Shown here: positions 10,475-19,724 of the stretch, one piece after another
Position numbering within the stretch: the first letter of the stretch is position 1
Layout of the letters: each line of letters begins with the position of its first letter
From: an uncultured Myxococcales bacterium
Lineage (GTDB): Bacteria; Myxococcota_A; UBA9042; CAIXZC01
Length of the DNA: 64,000 nt
Direction: 5' to 3'
Assembly (NCBI GenBank): GCA_964593355.1
Contig: CAZQHM010000002.1
Location: forward strand, 99,747 to 163,746
Translations under genes and position numbers: made by a program
The notes under the pieces: model-generated
The model's database searches: none
Seen by the model: the letters and a program-made list of their open reading frames with translations, nothing else
Told to the model about the DNA's origin: nothing

Positions 10475-11647
10475 ATGAGGAGATTGCTGCTAGTTGCTGT
10501 GGCTTCAGTTGCTATGTGGACTCAAGCTTGCGGCGGGGACGATTCTGCGCAAGTGCAAGACGCCGTCACAGACACCACTGCCTCGGAGCTGGAAGTTCAG
10601 GCCGAAGTCGTTGAAGAGATCGCTACCCCTCTCGTGGACTTGCCATGGGTCGAGATGGATGGCGGCCTGCTCACGGGGGTCAAAAGCATCAAAGGCCTTG
10701 CTTGCTCGGGAAGCAGCGTCTTTCTCTCGGTAGACTCCTCGGACCCCGAGACCACGGGCACCTGGATGCTCGATCTGGCCTCGCAGCAGCCGCTTACCAA
10801 GTTTTTCGAAGGCTACGGCTCCATCGCTGCCACGGAAACCGGCCTGCTGGTTGCTACCTACGGCGGCCCTAACGCCACGGCAGCAGTGGTCCTGGTACAG
10901 CCCGGGGCCGATGCCGTTGACCAGGGTTTCGCTGTCCAAGCCACCGAGGTCAAAGAGCTGATTTACTCTTCGGGCAAGACCATCATGATGGCCAAAGACT
11001 GGTCCAACGCTCAATACACCATCTTCCGGGGAGGGCTCAACGCAGGTGCTTTCGAACAACTGGGAAAGACCACCGACGAAACGGGCATGAGCATCTACAC
11101 CGACGGAACTGATCTCTACTTCCTTACCCTGCTCAACGGAACCGTAGGCGCCGCTTGCCGGCAACTGCCCATTACCGCCGGCCCCGAGGATACCTGGGTC
11201 GCCTGCCAGGGCTTCCCCGAGTGGGTACAGACCAAACCCACAGACCCCTTCAGCATCCGTGCCGAGGTCTTCGGAAGCGGGTCGGATATGGCCGCCTGGT
11301 TCAAGGTCTCCAACAAAGGCACTAATGAGTATCACGTATACGCCGGAGCGGCCGGCAACTACATCACCCTGCCCGGATTCCCGGCCAATGAGCCCTCGGC
11401 CTGGCACCACACAGGCAGCGATGTGCTGCTTGGCTATGTGGGGGGCTCAGGCAAATCCGGCGCCTTCGCCGCCTCCAAATCCGGTGGTGAACCGGCCAGA
11501 GACCTCACCGAAGGACTCCTCTCTCCTGCCCACGAGAAGGATGGTGTTGCTGCTTTCTGCCAGTCCAACAAGCGCCTCGTTGCTGCCTGGTTCGCTTTTG
11601 GCGGTGGTGGATCTACGGTGACGCTGTTCCAGAAGAGCCTGGACTAA
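10475..11647 (+). CDS. Hypothetical secreted/lipoprotein
   Basis: Signal MRRLLLVAVASVAMWTQACGG. GGAGG lies 5 nt upstream of ATG 10475. No recognisable family. Confidence 0.5.
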   Translation: MRRLLLVAVASVAMWTQACGGDDSAQVQDAVTDTTASELEVQAEVVEEIATPLVDLPWVEMDGGLLTGVKSIKGLACSGSSVFLSVDSSDPETTGTWMLDLASQQPLTKFFEGYGSIAATETGLLVATYGGPNATAAVVLVQPGADAVDQGFAVQATEVKELIYSSGKTIMMAKDWSNAQYTIFRGGLNAGAFEQLGKTTDETGMSIYTDGTDLYFLTLLNGTVGAACRQLPITAGPEDTWVACQGFPEWVQTKPTDPFSIRAEVFGSGSDMAAWFKVSNKGTNEYHVYAGAAGNYITLPGFPANEPSAWHHTGSDVLLGYVGGSGKSGAFAASKSGGEPARDLTEGLLSPAHEKDGVAAFCQSNKRLVAAWFAFGGGGSTVTLFQKSLD

Positions 11648-11678
11648 ACTTCTATTATTAGTAAAACTTGGTGCTGAT

Positions 11679-12149
11679 GTGCAAGTAGATAAAGAACTTA
11701 TAAAGCGGTTTATAAAATTCGCTATTGTCGGTGGCTCTGGGGTTTTCGTCAATCTTGGTATCTATTTTCTACTTACCAGACCCACAGGCCTTGTGGATAG
11801 CATGTGGGGCCGAAACCTGGCCTACGCACTCTCGGTAGAGCTCTCCATTCTCTCCAACTTCATGCTCAACGACCGGTGGACCTTCCGTGACCGATGTGAG
11901 GGAGTCGCCTTCAAGCACCGCTTCTTCCGTTTTCACGTGGTGAGCGGTGTCGGATTCTTGATCAATTGGGGGGCCTTTGCTCTCCTGAACTGGGCCGTGG
12001 AACGAGGCAGCCTGACTCTGCTCGGTTCCATGGAGATCATGGGCAAGGTTCACAACCTCGACGACATCTTCGCTGCCATGATCGGCATTGCTGCGGCCCT
12101 AACCTGGAACTTCGGCGGGAATCTACTCTGGACCTGGGGACGTCGTTAG
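11679..12149 (+). CDS. GtrA family membrane protein (polysaccharide synthesis/translocation accessory)
   Basis: RFIKFAIVGGSGVFVNLGIYFLL...ALSVELSILSNFMLNDRWTF is the GtrA family signature with about four TM helices. GTG start, weak RBS. Confidence 0.6.
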   Translation: MQVDKELIKRFIKFAIVGGSGVFVNLGIYFLLTRPTGLVDSMWGRNLAYALSVELSILSNFMLNDRWTFRDRCEGVAFKHRFFRFHVVSGVGFLINWGAFALLNWAVERGSLTLLGSMEIMGKVHNLDDIFAAMIGIAAALTWNFGGNLLWTWGRR

Positions 12150-14447
12150 CTACTGCTCAATCCAGGAGTTGGTCCAGGCGGGTCGGGCAGGTAGCGGGTC
12201 GTAGCTGAGTCGGCCTTTCCAGTCTTCGTCAGTCAGTCGGTTGAACCCCGACTCGAAATGCTCATAGTAGGACGAGACCGGACCGACGTAGGCCCTGGTG
12301 CCGCAGGTGGTGTTCACCACCATGACCATGGCATTGGCATAGCCCGTTGCAACGTGGAGGATGTTGGTGCTGTTCGGGTCTGTGTGCACGTCGGCTACCG
12401 TGGGGTCGAAGTCGAAGGAGGTGTCGTTGCCGTTGAAGAAGAGGTTGGCGTACCAACCCGAGAAGGGCAACGAACCGCACATGGATTCGTCCTGCACCAG
12501 CTCCTTGATGAACTTGGTCTCCTCGGGCAGGCGAGGCTCCTGGGCAAGCTGCCGGTCTGCGATCTGCTTGAGCATGATGGCAGCGGTCTCAAGGTTGTTG
12601 AAGTAGGTTTCAGCTTGCTGCTTTCCGTAGGGGGCGACGTCCAGTTCCAGCCCCTGAAGCATGGCCCGACTTCCTTGGGCAAACTCGGCGATCTTCTGGT
12701 AGAAGGCCGGGATGGGCTCCACGTAACCGTCGGGATAGTCGCAGGCAACGCCGGTGTAAGACTGCTTGGCGTAGAGAATAGTGTCGTGTCTGAGCTCTGC
12801 CCAGGAGGCCAGCCCCGTGTGCATCAGCTTACGGGCATACTCTTGCGTCCGCATGGCCTCAGGGTAAGCGCTGCCTGAGAAATCGCCGCCAAGGCTGCGG
12901 ATAGAATCGAGCCAGACGTTGTACATGCTCTCTTGCCAGAAGGCCGGCGCATAAGCGTCCACAAGGCCACGCAAGACCGACAGGTTGCCGGAGTAGTGGT
13001 AGGTATCCAGCTCGGACTGAAGCGGAGGAAGAGCCTCCTGGAAGCCCAACACGAACATGGCATCCAGGGGGCTGGGCATGTATCGATGCTGCGCTTGGCC
13101 CTGGTAGTAGATTCTATCAAAGACAACATTGGAGAAAACATAGGAATCAACAACGAACCTTTGGCCCATGAAGAGGAAGATCGGGGGCAGAATCGTGGGC
13201 TTGTCGGACATAGGATCCACGGCGATGATCTGGCTGAGAATCTGCTGATTTCCAAACCCTCCGGACTCCAGAAGCTCCATGACGGGCTGAGCAACGGCGG
13301 GATCGGCAAGGTCACCCAGCGAGGGTGCCTCGGTCTGCGTCATGAACTGGTCCAACTGCGTAGGCGTCAGGTTGTCGCTCTTGCCAACGAAGACCTGTAT
13401 GGCCTTGTCGAAGGAGGCCCAACTCTCCAGCGACTGACTCTCAACGATGGTTCTTCGCATGATCTCCGATACCAGGAACTCACGGTGAAAGCGGGTAAGG
13501 ACTATCTCGGTCCTGCCCAGCCATATCATCGCCCTGAAATATTGCTCCAGCTCCTCGGACAGCGTGTAGTGCCCGCGGGGCTTGAACTGCGAGAAGTCAT
13601 AAGCACAACCGGGCCCCGCACATGGATACGGGCGTCCAAACAGGGTGATCAACTCGGGTTGCAGCCCTTCAACCTTGGCCAGCAGCTCGTCCCGAATCGC
13701 CACGTTCTCGTCGAAGATTGGTGCTACCGCTGCGCCAGACAGAAGCGATCGGGCCATGGTGTAGAAGAGATCCACGTCGCCCATGGCTTCTATCAAGAGA
13801 GGTTCTTGAACCCCCTGAGCAAGCTGGCCCAGTTGCTGGTGTGTGGCTTCCAGAATGGACGACATCAGCGGAATAAGCGTGCTCTCTTCAAATTCTCTGA
13901 GCATAGTATCATATGATTTATGCACAGCAAATAGGATTGAATCAGTTGTGATCAACACTGGGATGTGTTCTACGAACAGGTCCCGATACCCCATGGGATG
14001 GCTGGGGTACCTTACCGAGTCGATGACTGCGAAGCCCAACTGACCAATGGTCTCGAGATGCTTGGCGCTGAGCTGCAGCTTCTCAGTGATGAGGTCCATG
14101 AACTCTGCCTCCAGAGCGTCGAAACCTATGCCCGCAAGGTACGGCCGCTGCTGGTAGTGCTTCTCCATGAGCTGTTCAGTTGACATGTCCTGGGCCTCTG
14201 CCAACAGCGCCGCATGGACCTGCACCAACTTCTGCTGCTCCTCGGTGAGAGCCACGTCGCCATACTCGGGCTGGGTGATGTCCGGCTCCGGGTTCACCCC
14301 CATGTCGGGCTGGGCATGGTTGTCATCTTCGGAAATGGCATCGTCGGCCACCTCGGCCGGAGGCGAATCGCCGCATCCCGTGGGCAATAGCATCAGCATA
14401 GCGAGAAGGGCACTGGCCTTCAGAAAGGGGAATCTGGTGGGAGACAT
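12150..14447 (-). CDS. Large hypothetical lipoprotein, possibly DUF3160-like
   Basis: Start re-placed at MSPTRFPFLKASALLAMLMLLPTGCGDS (lipobox, upstream GGAGG). 765 aa with no catalytic motif recognised. The 93-aa N-terminal extension in the ORF track is rejected. Confidence 0.45.
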   Translation of the reverse strand: MSPTRFPFLKASALLAMLMLLPTGCGDSPPAEVADDAISEDDNHAQPDMGVNPEPDITQPEYGDVALTEEQQKLVQVHAALLAEAQDMSTEQLMEKHYQQRPYLAGIGFDALEAEFMDLITEKLQLSAKHLETIGQLGFAVIDSVRYPSHPMGYRDLFVEHIPVLITTDSILFAVHKSYDTMLREFEESTLIPLMSSILEATHQQLGQLAQGVQEPLLIEAMGDVDLFYTMARSLLSGAAVAPIFDENVAIRDELLAKVEGLQPELITLFGRPYPCAGPGCAYDFSQFKPRGHYTLSEELEQYFRAMIWLGRTEIVLTRFHREFLVSEIMRRTIVESQSLESWASFDKAIQVFVGKSDNLTPTQLDQFMTQTEAPSLGDLADPAVAQPVMELLESGGFGNQQILSQIIAVDPMSDKPTILPPIFLFMGQRFVVDSYVFSNVVFDRIYYQGQAQHRYMPSPLDAMFVLGFQEALPPLQSELDTYHYSGNLSVLRGLVDAYAPAFWQESMYNVWLDSIRSLGGDFSGSAYPEAMRTQEYARKLMHTGLASWAELRHDTILYAKQSYTGVACDYPDGYVEPIPAFYQKIAEFAQGSRAMLQGLELDVAPYGKQQAETYFNNLETAAIMLKQIADRQLAQEPRLPEETKFIKELVQDESMCGSLPFSGWYANLFFNGNDTSFDFDPTVADVHTDPNSTNILHVATGYANAMVMVVNTTCGTRAYVGPVSSYYEHFESGFNRLTDEDWKGRLSYDPLPARPAWTNSWIEQ

Positions 14448-14801
14448 GGCGAACCTCCGGAAAGTGGTGAAATAATGCCCAGATGGTGACCACCATTTAC
14501 AGCGTAGCCTCCCATCGAAGCAGTTGCTGGCAGATGGTGCAATAGTTATGCCAGTCTTCCGGACCTGTGTCGGATCGATGGTGCCCTTCTCAGACAGGAG
14601 CTGGGACTTCAGGCGGACGGATCCCTTCTTTGGTGGAAGGTGGTCCTTGTATCGCGGGCGCTGCTCAGGGGAGAAGAAACCATAACCGTCAGACTGCCAC
14701 TTCGGAGAGGCATGTCGGTCCACCACTGACGGTGGGACAGGATAGATCTGTCGTGCTGAAGAAGAACAGAGCAGCGAATCGGCTTTGGGATCGCCCCGGT
14801 G

Positions 14802-15041
14802 CTATTTCTCTGCCATCTTCCTGGCGCGTGAACGCAGAGCCTTTCTACGACGCCTCTCGGCCTCGCGATGCTTGCGCTTGATCTGCTCGCTGGGCTTCAA
14901 GAAGAACTTCCTCTTCTTGAGCTCTTTGTAGACTCCCTCGTTAGCCATCTTGCGCTTGAGGGCTCTAAGAGCGCGATCAACGTTTTCGTTCTCGACCTGG
15001 ACTTCTACCGGTCGATGCTCAACAACTTCTTTTGTCCTCAT
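14802..15041 (-). CDS. rpsU: 30S ribosomal protein S21
   Basis: VEVQVENENVDRALRALKRKMANEGVYKELKKRKFFLKPSEQIKRK and a basic C-terminal tail. Start at MRTKEVV with upstream AGGA. Confidence 0.8.
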   Translation of the reverse strand: MRTKEVVEHRPVEVQVENENVDRALRALKRKMANEGVYKELKKRKFFLKPSEQIKRKHREAERRRRKALRSRARKMAEK

Positions 15042-15218
15042 TCCTGTACACCATCCCTTCAAAGACAGTGGGCGGATTATGGGTAGGAGAGGGGTCGTTG
15101 TCAAGGATTTTCCTTACCGTTGCGCCCTCACGACCCCGAAGGACCCAACAGTCGCCCATTCGCTACCTTCCAACGGGCCATAACCGGCCCTATGGCCCAA
15201 TTTCCGCCTTTTACCCCG

Positions 15219-15235
15219 CTGGCACGGGTCATGCA
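15219..15235 (+). promoter_or_regulatory. Sigma-54 promoter (-24/-12) ctGGCACgggtcaTGCA
   Basis: TGGCAC-N5-ATGCA has correct GG-N10-GC spacing. It lies about 50 nt upstream of the ATG at 15289. Confidence 0.6.
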
Positions 15236-15288
15236 ACAGGCTATCCCGGGCTGGCCCGTAAGCCAGCCTCATATCCAAGGAGGATGTA

Positions 15289-15660
15289 ATGCCAGGATTC
15301 GACGGAACAGGACCCAGGGGCCAAGGACCCATGACCGGCGGTGGACGTGGTCGCTGCAGACCAGCCACTACGGCAGATGACAACGAGAGAAGCTCTGTTG
15401 CCAGCCAACCTCAGGCAGGACCGGCCGTAAACGGCGATGCAGCGCCAGGCAACCCAGCTCCGGCACAAGATGAGCTGTGGGGCGTTGGTCGCGGCGGAAG
15501 ACCTAGAGGCGGCGGCAACGGGCGCTGCTTTGGCGGTGGACGCGGGAACGGCAGAGGTCGAGGAGGCCGAGGAGGCGGCCAGGGACCAGGCGGTGGTGGT
15601 GGTGGTGGTGGCGGTGGTGGTGGTGGTGGCAGAGGTGGTAACGGATGGGGCGGGCGCTAG
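15289..15660 (+). CDS. Small Gly/Arg-rich protein with DUF5320-like N-terminus (MPGFDGTGPRGQGPMTGGGRGRC) and a poly-Gly C-terminal tract
   Basis: GGAGGA RBS. The N-terminal motif resembles the conserved DUF5320 start MPGxDGTGPxGxGPMTGRGxGxC. A (GGT)n microsatellite encodes G13. Confidence 0.55.
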   Translation: MPGFDGTGPRGQGPMTGGGRGRCRPATTADDNERSSVASQPQAGPAVNGDAAPGNPAPAQDELWGVGRGGRPRGGGNGRCFGGGRGNGRGRGGRGGGQGPGGGGGGGGGGGGGGRGGNGWGGR

Positions 15661-15663
15661 CGG

Positions 15664-16266
15664 CTACTCGTTAGGCTTCCAGATCTTCCAGACGTTGCCG
15701 GCGAGATCGGGCGAAACCTTCAACGTGGGTTGGCCCGGCTCCCAGCCCGCAGGACAAACCTCGGCGCCCTTGGTAGCACGAACGTGCTGATAGGCCTTGA
15801 GCTGACGGATGGACTCGGAAACCTTGCGTCCCACCGGCGGCGTCAGCATCTCGATGGCCTGAATGATCCCGTCGGAGTCGATGATGAACCGGCCGCGCAT
15901 GTCCACGCCCGCTGCCACATCGTACACGCCATAAACAGAACCTATCTGACCACCGGCGTCAGAGAGCATGGGGAACGGCACACCGCCATCCACCATCTTG
16001 CTGAGCTCTTGCTCCTGCCAGATCTTGTGGACGAATCGGCTGTCCGTGCTGCATGACAGCACCTGAACTCCCAGCTTCTCGAACTCATCGGCCTTGGCTG
16101 CGACCGCAGCCAGCTCGGTGGGTCAGACAAATGTGAAATCACCGGGGTAGAAGCAGAGAAAGACCCACTTCCCCCTGAACTCTGAGAGCCTGACGTTCTT
16201 GAATCCGCCCTGATAATAGGCAGAGGCTTCGAAATCCGGAGCTTCCTGTCCAACCATAACGCCCAT
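15664..16266 (-). CDS. 2-Cys peroxiredoxin (AhpC/Tsa family) with selenocysteine at the peroxidatic position; in-frame TGA at 16123-16125
   Basis: Two ORF-track pieces (16123..16452 and 15664..16062) are in the same frame. Read-through gives FYPGDFTFV-U-PTELAAVAAKADEFEKLGVQVLSCSTD, the canonical FTFVCPTE motif. The resolving Cys lies in EVCPAGW. AGGAG RBS before MGVMVGQEAPDF. Confidence 0.75.
16093..16113 (-). promoter_or_regulatory. Bacterial SECIS hairpin (mRNA GGCUGCG-GU-CGCAGCC) beginning 11 nt 3' of the UGA
   Basis: Perfect 7-bp stem with a G/U-containing apical loop. Near-identical in architecture to the E. coli fdhF SECIS apex GGUUGCAGGUCUGCACC. Canonical 11-nt spacing from UGA. Confidence 0.65.
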
Positions 16267-16513
16267 GTTCTTCTTCTCCTCGGTTTTGGGTTCGTTCTCT
16301 CGGCCCGCCGCCAACATCGGCTTCTTCACGGGCCCTCCTGCCTTAGAAACACATCCTGTCTTGGGTTCTTCAGCCAATTCTCCCTCCATGGTTAGTTGGT
16401 CTACGAAACAACACCGTTGCCCGTCAATCAGCTGCCATCTGCCAATGGCCAATACAGAAGGCTCTTACCCCCTGATCGGCCCTGAACTCTGACTGGATTC
16501 GATGGGCACCGGA

Positions 16514-17788
16514 TCAATGATCACATACATTGCTGCCAGTAACAAGAATTCCGTCCATGAACTCCTGCAAAATCGTTGCAGGGGGCGCCACGGGTGCCCC
16601 AACAACCACCTCGATGCTGTTCTGGTTGAAGAGGCTCTGGGCCCTGGAGCCCATCCCGCCGGCAATAATCAGGTTTGCTCCCTGCTCGTGAAGCCACTTG
16701 GGGTAGGTCCCAGGCTCGTGCGGAGGCGGAGTCAGCTGCGACTCGTTCAGAATCGTCTTCGCAGCCATGTCCACCTTGTAAAGATAGAACTTCTCGCAGT
16801 GCCCGAAATGGGACGAAAGCTGACCGCCCGTTACCGGTATGGCTACCATCATGATCTCTCCCTCCTTGCTTACTACGCTCTCTGCGCTGGGATTCTCCTG
16901 GCTCAGCTCCTTCTCAAGCAGCTTCCGGACAATCCTTCCAAAGGCCATGGCCGTCTGTGAGTGGGGATGCGAATGAACTATCGGATCGCCCGATTCCCCC
17001 GACCCCACCACGTCCGCCTCGATAGGAATTGCACTCAAGAATGGAACCCCCATCTCCTCTGCCATGGCCTCCCCTCCACCCGAACCAAAGATATGCACAA
17101 CCTCACCACACTTCGGACAGGCAAATCCGCTCATATTCTCTACTACACCCAAAACAGGCAGCTTCAGATGCTCGCAGAATACGACGCAACGTCGAACATC
17201 CTGCACTGCTACACCCTGGGGCGTGGTGACAACCACAGCCCCGTCGGCATCCTCGATGAGCTGCGCCACCGCTAACGGCTCGTCGCCTGTGCCGGGAGGT
17301 GAGTCGATTACCAGGTAGTCCAGATCTCCCCACGCAACATCCTTAAGAAACTGCTTGATAACCGAGTACTTCCTGGGGCCACGCCAGATCACCGCCTCGT
17401 CACGACCACGCAGCAGAAAGCCGATGGACATGACGCTGATGCTGCCAGGACCATATTCCAGCTCCACGGGGAAGAGCCCCCCCTCGAAACCCTCTACAGG
17501 CGCCCCCTCGAGGTCCAACATCTTGGGCACACTGGGCCCGTGAATATCCACATCCAACAACCCCACCTTCTTGCCAGCCAGCGCCAACGCCGCAGCAAGA
17601 TTCACCGCTACCGTGCTCTTGCCAACGCCTCCCTTGCCGGAAAGCACCAGGACCTTGTGCTTGATATGGCACATGCGGGCCTGCAACTCCTGCCGCTCCT
17701 GAAAGGCCTGTTCGTCCTCACCCGATCTCCGAGAGTGAGCTGAACAGGAAGAATCGTTACATGTTCCACACTGTTTCTCTTCAGACAT
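16514..17788 (-). CDS. Mrp/ApbC/NBP35 family Fe-S cluster carrier ATPase fused to a C-terminal NifX/NafY-like (dinitrogenase FeMo-cofactor family, PF02579-like) domain
   Basis: Cys-rich N-terminus CGTCNDSSCSAH. Deviant Walker A VLSGKGGVGKST. Mrp signature CPKCG. C-terminal MMVAIPVTGGQLSSHFGHCEKFYLY...IIAGGMGSRAQ. Confidence 0.8.
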   Translation of the reverse strand: MSEEKQCGTCNDSSCSAHSRRSGEDEQAFQERQELQARMCHIKHKVLVLSGKGGVGKSTVAVNLAAALALAGKKVGLLDVDIHGPSVPKMLDLEGAPVEGFEGGLFPVELEYGPGSISVMSIGFLLRGRDEAVIWRGPRKYSVIKQFLKDVAWGDLDYLVIDSPPGTGDEPLAVAQLIEDADGAVVVTTPQGVAVQDVRRCVVFCEHLKLPVLGVVENMSGFACPKCGEVVHIFGSGGGEAMAEEMGVPFLSAIPIEADVVGSGESGDPIVHSHPHSQTAMAFGRIVRKLLEKELSQENPSAESVVSKEGEIMMVAIPVTGGQLSSHFGHCEKFYLYKVDMAAKTILNESQLTPPPHEPGTYPKWLHEQGANLIIAGGMGSRAQSLFNQNSIEVVVGAPVAPPATILQEFMDGILVTGSNVCDH

Positions 17789-17820
17789 GTCTTTTTCCTT
17801 TATGCATCATAAACTTAAAA

Positions 17821-19701
17821 CTAATGCAAGCCTAGTTCTTCGCTGACTTTTTGCCATAAAGCCACGATGTCCTTGGCAGCACCCTCCTCGCTGAACTCCA
17901 CTATAGAAACCCCGGCAACCTGGGCCGCCGTAACCTCCTTGTCATAACGAATCTTCCCCAATACCGCCAGACCCAACTCGTTTGCCTCACGCTCTATGCG
18001 CTGGGCGAGCTCCGGATTAATGTCCGCCTTGTTGATAGCAACCCCCGTCCGGATCTTGAATTGAGCGGCCAACTCCGCCACCCGCCGCAGGTCATGAAGA
18101 CCCGACAGCGTTGGCTCGGTCACAACCAGAATCATGTCGGCACCAGTGATCGAGGCAATGACGGGACAGCCGATTCCCGGCGATCCGTCGCACAGCAGTA
18201 ACCCTGAGCCGTTTAGCTGGGCCACTGCCTTGCCCTCACGGCGTACCAGCGAGACCAGCTTCCCGCTGTTCTCTTGAGCTATGCCCAGCTTGGCATGAAC
18301 CATGGGCCCGTGCCGCGCCACGGACTGGAACCACGACCCGCTGTTCACCGGCTCCGCTGATATGGCCCGCTCCGGGCAATGGTCGACACAGACCCCGCAC
18401 CCCTCGCAGGCAATGCTGTCCACCTGGTAAGCCTGGTAGCCTGCGCCGGTCATTGGCGTATCAGCCGTGGGCCTGACTATAGCGTCGTACCTGCAGAGGC
18501 TATGGCAGACCCCGCAGGATATGCACAACTCAGGGTCCACAGCAGCTATCTTGCTACCCGAAAAGGGCCACTGGTTCTTCACCTGTGGAGAGAGCACCAG
18601 GTGCAGGTCCGCCGCATCGACATCACAATCCACCGTGGTGCTGCCTGGCGCCAGCGCACTGAACGACGCACAAACACTGGTCTTTCCCGTGCCTCCCTTT
18701 CCGCTGATAATCACCAGCTCCTTGGGAGACCTCTTCTTCCCAGCTGCTCGCAACTCCGCCGATGGGAATCGCGACACCTCTCCTACCTCCAGAAGCGGAC
18801 GCTCAACCTTGCCTTCCCTACTCTTGCCAGCCGCTGCCATCTGCTTCATAGCATCGAATGTCCTGAGAAGAGACTCTCCAAGTTCGGGAAGGACGTTCAA
18901 CGCCATCTCCCCAATTGAGTAAGCCCTTGCTATCCTCATGTCGTGCGGAACCCTGAGGACCACCGGGATGCCCTCTTGACTGCAATACTCATCCACCAGA
19001 TCCGACCCAACGCCGTCTCTGTTGATGGCTACTCCGAACGGCACCCCCACAGCCCGAACCATCTCCACAGCCAATATCAGGTCGTTCAGACCAAACGGGG
19101 TCGGCTCAGTCACCAGCAAGACCGCATCGGAATTCGAAACCGTCGTGATCACCGGGCAGGATGTGCCCGGAGGCGCATCGAGAACCGCTACACAATCCGC
19201 CGGTATGGCATCAACCACAGCCCTGATTATTGGGGGCGCCATGGCCTCCCCTACCGTCAGGCGACCCTGAATGTGGGCCAACAAACCAGAAGTTCCCCTC
19301 TCCACCACACCGATGGGACGCTCTACCTCCGTTATGGCGCCAAACTTGCACGCCAGAAGACATCCGCCACACCCATGACATAGCTTGGGGAACGTCAGCA
19401 CCTGCTTAGGAAGGGAAACTATCGCAGAAAACCTACAGGCCTCACCGCAAGCCCCACAATGGGTGCATCGCTCCGCATCAACCTGCGGCACCGGAATCGA
19501 GACATCCCTGCTACTCAATCCCGATGGCTTCAAGAAGATGTGCCCGTTGGGCTCCTCTACATCACAATCCACGTAGGCAGTACAACCCCCACTATTGGCC
19601 GACACACGCCTCGACAGCGCCAACGCCAGATTGGTCGCTATGGTCGTCTTGCCCGTGCCACCCTTGCCGCTGGCTACAGCAAGCCTGAACTCTCTACCCA
19701 T
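17821..19701 (-). CDS. Tandem fusion of two MinD/CooC-type P-loop ATPases, each with an inserted 2x[4Fe-4S] ferredoxin domain (COG1149-like)
   Basis: Two deviant Walker A motifs (ASGKGGTGKTT and ISGKGGTGKTS). Each is followed by a CDV(E/D) segment and two CxxCxxCxxxC ferredoxin motifs: CTHCGACGEAC and CHGCGGCLLAC in the first half, CISCGVCHSLC and CEGCGVCVDHC in the second. Confidence 0.8.
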   Translation of the reverse strand: MGREFRLAVASGKGGTGKTTIATNLALALSRRVSANSGGCTAYVDCDVEEPNGHIFLKPSGLSSRDVSIPVPQVDAERCTHCGACGEACRFSAIVSLPKQVLTFPKLCHGCGGCLLACKFGAITEVERPIGVVERGTSGLLAHIQGRLTVGEAMAPPIIRAVVDAIPADCVAVLDAPPGTSCPVITTVSNSDAVLLVTEPTPFGLNDLILAVEMVRAVGVPFGVAINRDGVGSDLVDEYCSQEGIPVVLRVPHDMRIARAYSIGEMALNVLPELGESLLRTFDAMKQMAAAGKSREGKVERPLLEVGEVSRFPSAELRAAGKKRSPKELVIISGKGGTGKTSVCASFSALAPGSTTVDCDVDAADLHLVLSPQVKNQWPFSGSKIAAVDPELCISCGVCHSLCRYDAIVRPTADTPMTGAGYQAYQVDSIACEGCGVCVDHCPERAISAEPVNSGSWFQSVARHGPMVHAKLGIAQENSGKLVSLVRREGKAVAQLNGSGLLLCDGSPGIGCPVIASITGADMILVVTEPTLSGLHDLRRVAELAAQFKIRTGVAINKADINPELAQRIEREANELGLAVLGKIRYDKEVTAAQVAGVSIVEFSEEGAAKDIVALWQKVSEELGLH

Positions 19702-19724
19702 ATCCGCCTCGCTTGAGTTGTTCG

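Noticed and set aside
16063-16125. Peroxiredoxin split into two ORFs, which would read as a pseudogene or frameshift
   Set aside because: There is a single in-frame TGA at the exact peroxidatic-Cys position, and a SECIS-like hairpin lies 11 nt downstream. Selenocysteine recoding is the better explanation.
16267-16513. Separate sigma-54 promoter for the peroxiredoxin
   Set aside because: No GG-N10-GC element with acceptable flanks was found by eye in either orientation. Expression is probably from a sigma-70-type promoter or by read-through.
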